A program made the position numbers and the translations under genes. A stretch of DNA of 61,056 nucleotides, counting the filler. It is 8 parts of 8 records of this genome, joined end to end, with 100 filler letters (N's around TTAATTAATTAA, not from the genome) between each part and the next. Parts side by side here need not be neighbours in the genome. Positions count along the whole stretch, not along the records: positions 47,536 to 55,797 come from SRR7504441_2236; positions 55,898 to 61,056 come from SRR7504441_2238; 6 more parts are not named here. One strand, written 5' to 3'. Each line of letters begins with the position of its first letter. Position 1 is the stretch's first letter. This document shows positions 50,408-59,389 of this stretch, one piece after another. Under the pieces are notes generated by a model, which saw nothing but the letters and a program-made list of their open reading frames with translations, ran no database searches and was not told the origin of the DNA.

Positions 50408-52542
50408 TCATGTGTTCATAGCCAACACCCGCTCTACAAAGCTGATTGATCGTCGCCTCACGCGATCGTGCAGCAGCTGCCGTTGGCTCAGCCCGGCCCA
50501 GCGGGTGGCTACCCGGAGTCGTCCTCCCGCTCCCCGAAGGCGTAGTTGCCCCGACCAGGGTTGACCGCATCCGGCCAGCTGCCTTAGGCTCAGTAAAGCT
50601 CCTAGCGAGAGGCACATCTGGACGGTGACAGCCGAGATCCAACGGACCCACTGCCGGGCCAGCTTGCCGGTCGGGTCTTCGAGCGTGTACACCCGGTGAG
50701 GCGTGTGAAGCTCAAACACCCTGCCAGCCAGTCTGCCCGGCCGCATCATAGCGCACCGGTCATCAGCGGCGACCGCAAAGGTCTCTTTTGTGATGGAGAT
50801 CTGGCCCTTTTGCTTCCAGCTGGCCTCGTCCACGTAGACGATTCTTGGCTGGCTGATCACGTCGGTCGAGCTGACCGCGACCACCAGGCAGAACTGCCTC
50901 TGGCGGGTGATGTGCCACGGGATGTGCTTGTTCAGGTGCCCGCAGTACACCACTTGCTCCGATGGGTTCAGGAACGGCCGGTAAAGGCTGGTGTCGTTCG
51001 AGTGCGCCGACAGCTGCTTCTTGTCCACTTTGACTGCCTTGGTTTTGTCGGCCGGCCTGTCCTCACTCTCCAGGCCCGGCCGCTGCACCCGCCTCTGCTG
51101 GCCTGCCGGCTTGGGTGCCGCCTTGGCCGCATGCTTGAGCGGGGCGACGGGCTGCGCGGGCTCAGCCGGTCGGGGTTGGGCGCACCAGCTGCCCCCAGTC
51201 GGGCTCGCTGTGGTACGGAGCGAACAGCGCGTGTGCCTTGACTGCGGCATAGTCGACCATACCTGCCCCAGCTCAGCCAGCCCAGCCGGCAGAGCGGACC
51301 GTCGGTTGAGCAGCCGAGCCGGGCGGAGAGCTCGACCACCTGGCGGCCGGCTGGGCGGTGCGGCAGCGGCTGGCACCAGGATCTGATCAATCAGCGCCTT
51401 GGGCTCCGACGGCACTGCAGGGTGGGCCGGCCAGCTGTACTTGCCCGCGGAGATGTTCTCCCACACGGCGATCTGAGTGAATGCCCCGCCGGCCTGCCCC
51501 GGCTAGCTGGATGGGACGGGGGCGGCACCCGGAAGGCGAGCTGTCCGGTGAGCAAGTGGAACCCAAGCACTGCGAGCGCCCACAGGTCTGCACTCTCCCA
51601 CACAGCTGCCAACGCTCAGCCGGGTCGGCCGGCGGGCACCCCGGGTGTTGCACTCTTCGAGCTGGGCCTGGGAGTCCCGCGATTGGGAGCCGAGGATCTC
51701 TGGTGAGTGATACTCTGCACTCCCAAACCAGAGCTCTGTTGGGCTCCTGTCCAGATGATCCGACCCGTCCGCCGCCACCGCGCAGCTGCCCCCGACCGTC
51801 GGGCCCGGCCAGCCTGGCGGCACCCGAAGTCGATCAGCTTGACTCTACCGGCCTGGTCCAGCACCACGTTCTCGCTCTGCCGGGCATTGAGCAGCTGCCG
51901 GGCGGTGCTCTCACCTTGATGTCGCGGTGCACCACGCCCAGCCGCTTGTGCAGGTGCTCGAGCGCCGCGCACAGCGAGCCCAGCGCGTAACGCACAAACC
52001 CGACCTGCCACCACACTCAGCCACGCCCCGGGGCCGGCCGGCCTCGATCGGGCCGTTGTCGCGCACGATGTCAGCCAGGTTGTCGCCGCCGAGCTCGGTG
52101 ACTAGCACTATCTGGTCGGCCGCCCGCCAGCTGCCGAGGTACTCGATCACCACCGGGTGCTTCTCCGGACTGGCCACCCCGCCGGCCCGCTGCAGGTGCC
52201 GCAGCTCGGCCGCCACCTGCCCGGCCGCTCGCCCGGTCCGCCAGCCGCCCCGCCTGCCAGCCGGTGCTGTACCGCTGGACGTGATCGGTCGCGATCGTCT
52301 TGAACGCTACCTTGGCCGGGAAACCGTCCCGGGTGCACTGGCGCGACACCTACAGCCCGGGGTCGGCCGGGCCCCGGCCGGCGGAGCACCACGGAGCCGT
52401 AGGCGCCGGAGCCGACCATTTCGCCGGGCTGTTCGGGCAAGTCGGACGGTTGGAGCCACTCCGACCCGGAGGCGTCCGGCAGCAGCGACATCCACCCGTC
52501 CTCCTCGTGCGCGTCCTCCTGTTGAGGAGCTGGATCCGCCAT
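50408..52542 (-). CDS. PDK1-like protein kinase with C-terminal PH domain (divergent; 3' end uncertain)
   Basis: GSGAYGSV, VAFK, HRDIK|SEN, LIDFG and AEYHSPE. The C-terminal FLNPSEQVVYCG...PRIVYVD...KGQI...FELHTPHRVYTLED...W is a PDK1-type PH domain. Confidence 0.75.
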
Positions 52543-52902
52543 TGGGAGTTGTTGTTGTTGAGATGAGGCTGAGTCAGCCAGGTAGACGGGCCAAGGTAGA
52601 TGCGCTGCGCTGAACCTGCCAGTCACGGCAGCTGCTTGGCCCTGACAACTGGAGGGGAATGCTATTACAGACGGAGTAGGAGAAGACGGGCTGTGCCGCT
52701 GCTTGGCCAGACTCTGCTGTTGTTCGGCTGTTCGGCTGTTGTTGTAATTGTCTTGGCCTTGATGTACGGACTCCGCTCATAGCTTGGGCCGAGGATGAAT
52801 ACCCCGAGTGCCTCGACCGCGTAGATCCGTCCACAGGGCGACTCGAAAGCCGATTGAGCAGCCTTGTTGCTTGTATCTGTGGCGACCTCGATCATCTTTG
52901 CG

Positions 52903-53613
52903 ATGTCGTCCTCAAGCCGCCTTCGAGTCGCGTCCTTTCTCCTCTGTCGCAAAGCCGTTACTATCTTGTGCTCTGCAATAGCAGAACACCAGAGCCTCCG
53001 CAGGACAAGCAGGGCGTGGTGCCAGCCAGATCTTCGGATGGAGGGCGCGCCGGGTAACGATCCGGCCGACCTGCCGCACGGGATGCTCCACGAGATGCTT
53101 GCATCAGGCTTCCCAGAACTCGGCGGGATAGAGACCGTCAGGGCCTCCTTCCTGCAGGGCCATGCCGGCGGCACGTGGGGGCTAAACCTTGCAATTGCAA
53201 CTTGGAGGTCAAACTTGGTGCATAAGACAGCTTTCTTGAGGCTTGCTGTGCTCAAAGGCCGGGTGTTGCAGATGTCAGGGTTGATAGCAGATGCTGCATC
53301 GCACGTGACCAAAATCCAGAAAGCTGAAGTACGAGGAGGGTCCAAGCTGCCTCTGTGGTTCAAACGCGAATCAAAACGAATCAGAAATGACGCTCGCAAA
53401 GCCGCGAAGGAGCAGTCTCTAAGATTCAGGGAAGCCTATCTCCAACAGCTCAGTGAGGAAGAGGAGCCCGAGCCAGAAACCTACTCCGACTCCGACCATG
53501 CGGCAAATGCATGGTGCAGTGCAGAATATGAGAGCTACAAATCATATGATACGCCTGGCAACGAATCCGATGTCTCAGATATTTGGACAGAAGACGAGCT
53601 CGTCGTCAAGTGA
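52903..53613 (+). CDS. Hypothetical protein, acidic C-terminus
   Basis: Open frame with plausible composition. Start could be 52903 or 53038, and a competing minus-strand ORF exists (52665-53399). Confidence 0.35.
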   Translation: MSSSSRLRVASFLLCRKAVTILCSAIAEHQSLRRTSRAWCQPDLRMEGAPGNDPADLPHGMLHEMLASGFPELGGIETVRASFLQGHAGGTWGLNLAIATWRSNLVHKTAFLRLAVLKGRVLQMSGLIADAASHVTKIQKAEVRGGSKLPLWFKRESKRIRNDARKAAKEQSLRFREAYLQQLSEEEEPEPETYSDSDHAANAWCSAEYESYKSYDTPGNESDVSDIWTEDELVVK

Positions 53614-53860
53614 AATCGTCGGTGCAATGCGTGAGAATGCATGCCGTCGTGTACTAATCGCGTACTCGTACTCTACATGATTGTGGGTGTTACAATGGCT
53701 TAGAATGGCTTATAGAAGGTGACCAGAAGGTGATAAGACGGCGCGGTTAGCGTACATACCTGTGATTCTAAGAGACACCGCTTTACTAAAAGACGTTATA
53801 ATTCATCATTATGAGTAGTGTACTTAAGTCTTTCAAGAAATCTCTCTCTTGTTGTTGCTT

Positions 53861-55672
53861 TTAGACATCAGCGTGCTTCACTTGCAGCCGGGAGATCAAT
53901 CTGTCCACTACCTGCGGTTCTAGCACCGACCCCGCGATAGCCCCCATGTTGTGCATTGGCAGCCCTAGTTCTGGCTTCTCGTGGCTCGGCAGCCGTGTGG
54001 CCACAAACGCCTCGGCAACAATCGGATCTCCGTGCAGCAGCAGCGTGCCTGCCTGGAAGCACACCGCCAGCCGGTCTACCAGCCCGCGGGCCTGGCCCTC
54101 CAGCTGGCTCAGCTCGGCGCGGGTCCGGCCCTCCAGCACCCGCCTCAGTCCCTCAACCTGAGCGGCCAGTTTGCCTGACCGGTCGGCCGCACTCGCTCTA
54201 TCCAGCTCTCCAAACAGGGCCGCGAGCGACTCCGGCTCCCGGCCGGCCGCCCGGAGCACGTCAAGGCAGATCACGTTCCCGCTGCCCTCCCAGATCGCGT
54301 TCAGCGGGCTCTGCCGGAACAAGCCGGCCGCCGGCCAATCCTCTGTGTACCCATTGCCGCCGTGACACTCCATCGCTTCGTACGCCACCAGCGGGGCCCG
54401 CTTGCACACCCAGTACTTGGAGACGGCCACCGCCAGCCGGAGCAAGCCCGCTTCGGCCGGCTGGGTCCGGGCGTTGTCGAGCGCGCTGGCCAGCCTAGCC
54501 CAGGTGAAGAGCGCGGCCTCAGACTCTAGAGACAGCCCGGCCAGCACCGCACGCATCAGCGGCTGCAACAGGAGCGACCGCCCGAACGCGTCCCTGTGGG
54601 AGCAGTGGTGGGCGGCCAGCTGGGCGGCTTGCCGGATGAGCGCTGCCGACCCGATCACGCAGTCGAGTCTTGTGTGGACCACCATCTCCACGATCGTGCG
54701 GACGCCCTTCCCGTCAGGGCCCACCATCCAGCCCCGGGCGCCCCGGTACTCGACCTCCGAGCTGGCGTTGCTCTTGTCGCCCAGCTTGTCTTTGAGCCGC
54801 TGCAGCTGGAAGCCTGTGTTCCGGCCTCTCCCGCCGGGCAGCCAGCGCGGCACCAGGAAGCACGAGACTCCCTTTGCCGTCTGGGCCAGTGTGAGGAAGC
54901 CGTCGCTCATCGGGGCCGAGGTGAACCACTTGTGCCCCACCAGGCTGAACTCGTCCCCCGGCCCGGCCTGGCCCGGGGTGGTTGGCTCTGCTGAGGTGGA
55001 GTTGGCTCTGACATCCGACCCTCCTTGCTTCTCTGTCATCGACATCCCGAGCGTCACCCCCTGCTTGTGCTCAACCGGCTCGTCCGCGCCCGAGTAACTC
55101 GGCTCGGCCAGCTTTGCCAGCACTTGGGCCAGCGGGCCGTCGGGGCTGGCTTGCTGGCTGCCGGTCTCGAGGGCGGGCAGGGCCGCGAAGCTCATCGTGA
55201 TCGGGCAGCAGACACCGGGGTTGAGCTGGTACATAAGGTACATCAGCCCGCCCCGGATCAGATGCGCCCCGGCTCGGCCCCGGTGCTCGGGCCACCAAGC
55301 CCACGAGGCGGCCCCGGCCTCCAGCCCGAGACCGATCAGCTGGTGGTAACTGGCCTCGAACTCCACTCCATCCACCCGCCGCCCGAACCGATCGTGCGTG
55401 CAAAGCCGGGGTACCTGGCGGTTGGCCGCCAGGGACCGTTCCTGCCACTCGGGACTCCCAGCGCACAGCCCAAGCCGTTGGAGCGCCTCGGTGCCCCAGC
55501 CGCCCCCAAACCGCTCGATGGCCTGGGTGAGCACCGCGTCCCCACTGTACGCGTTGTACCCGGAGAGCGGCACCGACTGGTTGGTCACCGTGTGCGTGGC
55601 CCCGCCCGACAGCTGTCCGGCCAACCGCTCCAGCCGCCGGTGGGCTTGGGAAGAGTGACCCGAGGACTCCAT
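53861..55672 (-). CDS. aidB: AidB-like acyl-CoA dehydrogenase, intronless, with N-terminal PTS2-like signal
   Basis: THTVTNQSVPL, CPITMSFA, GMSMTEKQGGSDVRAN, GHKWFTSAPMSD, RLKDKLGDKSNASSEVE, EAMECHGGNGY and PLNAIWEGSGNVICLDVLR. Confidence 0.92.
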   Translation of the reverse strand: MESSGHSSQAHRRLERLAGQLSGGATHTVTNQSVPLSGYNAYSGDAVLTQAIERFGGGWGTEALQRLGLCAGSPEWQERSLAANRQVPRLCTHDRFGRRVDGVEFEASYHQLIGLGLEAGAASWAWWPEHRGRAGAHLIRGGLMYLMYQLNPGVCCPITMSFAALPALETGSQQASPDGPLAQVLAKLAEPSYSGADEPVEHKQGVTLGMSMTEKQGGSDVRANSTSAEPTTPGQAGPGDEFSLVGHKWFTSAPMSDGFLTLAQTAKGVSCFLVPRWLPGGRGRNTGFQLQRLKDKLGDKSNASSEVEYRGARGWMVGPDGKGVRTIVEMVVHTRLDCVIGSAALIRQAAQLAAHHCSHRDAFGRSLLLQPLMRAVLAGLSLESEAALFTWARLASALDNARTQPAEAGLLRLAVAVSKYWVCKRAPLVAYEAMECHGGNGYTEDWPAAGLFRQSPLNAIWEGSGNVICLDVLRAAGREPESLAALFGELDRASAADRSGKLAAQVEGLRRVLEGRTRAELSQLEGQARGLVDRLAVCFQAGTLLLHGDPIVAEAFVATRLPSHEKPELGLPMHNMGAIAGSVLEPQVVDRLISRLQVKHADV

Positions 55673-55797
55673 GAGCGGATCAGCAGTTGGGATTTGACAC
55701 TGCGTCGGTTACCGCTTCGACCACATGCACAGCCTGATCTCCCGCGTCAACGAGCGCATGCCGGCCGAAGGGCCTGGCCAGCTCCGAGAGTACGAGG

Positions 55798-55897
55798 NNN
55801 NNNNNNNNNNNNNNNNNNNNNNNNNNNNNNNNNNNNNNNNNTTAATTAATTAANNNNNNNNNNNNNNNNNNNNNNNNNNNNNNNNNNNNNNNNNNNN
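55798..55897. other. Artificial contig linker
   Basis: N44-TTAATTAATTAA-N44. Confidence 0.98.
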
Positions 55898-57099
55898 CTC
55901 AGAAGGCCGAGGAAGAGGCCAAGGCAGTCGCTGCCAGACGAAAAGCCCAAGAGGAGTCTCACAGGATGAAATTACAGGCAATGCGACAAACAGCTGAGCA
56001 GGAGAAAGCGAAGCAAAAGGCCATCGAGGATGTGCAAAATGAGAGCGCTGTGCAGCGGTTGGCTGTACCTCGTCGACTTTCTCCACCACCACCAACTCCT
56101 CCAGCTTTTAGACCAGCACCCCCGTGTGTCCCTGTATCTGTGCCGAATGTGGAATCTCTCGAAGTGTCTCAATCAGCACGTTTGCCAAGGAGTTCCTTCA
56201 TCAGGGAAATGAAAGCAAGGATGGACCAACAAGAAGCTTACTGTGCATTGGGGCTCCAGTGTCGAAAGATGTCCCCACCGCCACTACCAACTCCTCCGGC
56301 TCCTGGACCGCCACCTCAGTCTGTAATAAGTGGCAACCAAACCATTAATAACTTTCAAGGTCACCAATTCAATATCCAAATAACCACTTCGAAGTCGACC
56401 GACAGATCGGTACAGACACGTGCAGGAACGGCAATGCGATCAGGTGGCCGTTCCAGTCCTGGACCGTCGCTAGATTTTAGAGCAATCAAGCTTGCAAAAT
56501 CCATATGTTCCGATGAAGAGGGCTCTCCTGTGAGATCTCCTGTGAACAACAATTGGACAACCATTGGTCAGATTGAGGAAGCGATCCATACCAATTCGCA
56601 TGTGTTCGATTCCGACGAGTCGTGTTGCAGCGATTCCGACGAGTCATGTTGCAGTGATGAAGATGGCCACTGTATTGGCGAAAGAAAACTTGCCGCCGCA
56701 GAGAAAGTACTCATGGCGGCTCTGCACAGCAAAGATAAAGGAAAGATCCAAGCTGCTCAGTCAAGATTGAAGCTCGTGTCCGAACGAGCAAAAGAAGCAT
56801 CAGTACGGGTGATCTCGTCAAGAAGTCCGAAGAAATCACCCACAACACCGCAGGCTGTCGTTCCAGAAGATTGGCCGAGTTCAGGAAACAGAAATGTTCA
56901 GTGGGGTATGACTGACGACGAGCAACTCTTCAAGTACCATGATCTCCAGTGGGAAATAAGAATTGCTGCAGCAGAACGAGCACTCATGGTTGCTCTGTCT
57001 AGCAAAGACAAAGGAAAGATCCGCGCTGCTCAGGTAGAATTGAGAGTAGTGTCCAAGCAGGCAAGAGAATCCTCGCAATTATACATACTCAATCACTGA
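55898..57099 (+). CDS. Hypothetical proline-rich protein with a duplicated ~40-aa helical module (5' partial)
   Basis: Long ORF 55966-57099. Two copies of AAAE(K/R)xLMxALxSKDKGKIxAAQ, plus an SDESCC tandem repeat. Confidence 0.6.
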
Positions 57100-57292
57100 T
57101 TGTGAAGATTTCGAATAACGAAACATGAATCTGATTATAGCGAAATAGTTTTAAGAAAGCACGAGTTCTAGTGGTGTAGTAGTAGTCTATCTGTTTGATT
57201 TAAGAAATACATGTACGCAATACAAACGCAATACAAACGCAGTACATGCCCGGTTTCAAGCAATAGGTGCATGTACCGGTACGTAGCATTAC

Positions 57293-59102
57293 TCATGAAG
57301 AGTGGTAGACTGTCGTTCCAGCTAGATCAGGCGGCGGGTTTGACTCCTGAGAAGCCACGCGGATCAAGTCTTCTTCTAGTTGTTGCTCCATTGTTGGGGG
57401 AGGGAGCAGCGCAATGAGCTCGTCAGCCTTTAGCTGAGCAATCTCTTTCTTCGCATCCGCTAGTTCGAAAGTCATTTGGGCCGCCTCCGTATCTGCATCC
57501 TTTCCATCCATGAATCCACTCTTCTTCGCAACATCGAGCTCAACTAGCGCTCGAATGACATGTTGAATCCTGACACAATGATGTTTAGCATCAGCAAAGC
57601 CGCAATCACGCACCTGATCTCATCTTGGCCGCGAGTCTTCAGATCCTCCACATATGCGTCAAGGTCACGCTTGTCATTGAGGATGGCAACTGCTCCTAGC
57701 ATGATGTCGCAGATGGCCTTGGGGTCGCCAACATCCAGGATCCTCTCCCGCGAAAGCACCTGGCGCCATTGCTCCAAAATCACTTCGTCATCGTAGGCTG
57801 CCACAGCAAAGTGAGCAAATCGACATGGCACAAGGAGCAGCATACCCGCGTACTTCTCTTCGAGCCGCCGCTGGGCCTCCTCCTTCTTCGCCGGATCGGT
57901 GTGGTACACTTCGCCTTTGTATTCGAATTCCATGACCTGGAAGTCCTGCTTGTTACCTGTACAGTCTCAGTGTTTGGACAGACTCGACTGAGCGTCACCG
58001 ACAGTGCCGCTAAACATGTAAGTCTCATCATGTATCTTGACACGGCAGGTGAAAGGAGTGTTGGCTCGGCAGGAATACCCATGCACCCACACCTGCGGAA
58101 GCATTAGCCTCGATCCGAGCACCGGCTGACCTTGTACTTGCCGAGAGCAGGTGGTGTCCTCCAAAAGATGTTTTCCACTGGTGCGCCATTCCGGTTCTAA
58201 CAGGCAAACTTCGCTCAGCACGTGGCCAGCCATGCACGCACATGGGTCATATCCACGTCGAGCTGTCCGCCCTCCGGCTTGTCGCCCCTCTTAGAGCTAT
58301 ACCAGATGTGGTTGCCGTTCGGAGCTGTGGCATGCAGGTCGAGGTCGCAGTTCGCCTCCCAGCAGAGCGTGAAGACTATCGCGCCCTCGGCCTGGCCACC
58401 CTCCCGTTTGAGCCGCTTGTTGATCTCATTATCAATGTTTGCTATCTTGTCGGCCATTGTCTTCCGTGGGAAGCAGAAGAAAACCTCAAACTTTGATTTG
58501 AGCCTGTCGAACACCGTTGCCGCGTCATAGTCGGCCTCGATCGGGTCGCCGATCAGCCTGTTGACCTGGCTCTTGTCCACCTTTTGATAAAACCCTTCGT
58601 CGCCAGTGATGAAGAAGATCCCTTTCCTGCCAGCGTTCTGCAGACAGTCCAGCTTGCAGTGATGCGCGTAGTAGAAGGCGGTGAGCTCGTAGCTCTCCTT
58701 CCCTGAGCCCCCGCCACCCTCCTCCAGCCACAGCCGCTTCAGCCAGTCGTCCAGGTCGCCGCCTTTGGCGAAGTCGCAGATCTGGAGCGGCGCCGCGTCG
58801 CCGTCGGTCGCGTCACCAATCGCAGCGAACGACAGGTCGCAGTCGTCGACGTAGCCCTGGAGCATCAGCTGGCCGAAGAACATGGGCAGCTTGTCGTACA
58901 GGATCTTGGAGTCGTCCCCGCGCGAGCTGGTCACGTCCATCGCCACCACGATCGGCGTGCTGGCCGCCGAGCTGATGTCGCGCCCGCGCGAGTTGACCTC
59001 GTCCCTCAGCGAGCTGGTGGTCATCGCCGCCTCGGCCTGCGCCGAGTAGCCGCTCGCGGCCGCAGAGCTGACCACTTCCCTGTCGTAGTATCCGCCTCCC
59101 AT
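57293..59102 (-). CDS. VWA-domain protein with an inserted YfaP/DUF2135-like domain
   Basis: PIVVAMDVTSS (MIDAS-like), AAIGD, GGGGSGKESY and FITGDE. The insert reads TLCWEANCDLDLHATAPNG...GGQLDVD...PVENIFW...GKYKVWVHGY. Introns occur only in the 3' half. Confidence 0.8.
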
Positions 59103-59179
59103 GTCTGTGACTGTGTCTGTGCGCAGATGCCGTTTATTGCCGTTATGCCTCCGCCACTCATCAGCTCAGCATACAGTGC

Positions 59180-59389
59180 ATGGAACCTCGGCTGACCCGC
59201 CAAGGCCGAACTGAGTGCTACACCGCGCGCGACCAGTTCTTTGCGTGCGCCGCCGACCCGAACGCCGACTGCGCCGCGCTCCGGCTAAAATACGAGTCGA
59301 GCTGCCTGGCTAGTTGGGTCAAATACTTTGACGAACTCGCGGAGCAGAAGCGGGCCAAGACTCGGCTGCTGGCAGAGGTAGCCAAATGA
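59180..59389 (+). CDS. COA6: Cytochrome c oxidase assembly factor 6-like (COX6B family, CX9C-CX10C)
   Basis: RTECYTARDQFFAC...CAALRLKYESSCLASWVKYF matches the COA6/COX6B pattern RxxCW/YxARDxYFxC...CxxSWVxYF. Confidence 0.85.
   Translation: MEPRLTRQGRTECYTARDQFFACAADPNADCAALRLKYESSCLASWVKYFDELAEQKRAKTRLLAEVAK

Noticed and set aside
6998-55897. Seven identical N44-TTAATTAATTAA-N44 blocks as a biological repeat or CRISPR-like array
   Set aside because: Fixed length, N-padded, stops in all six frames: a concatenation linker. Genes on either side are truncated and not truly adjacent.
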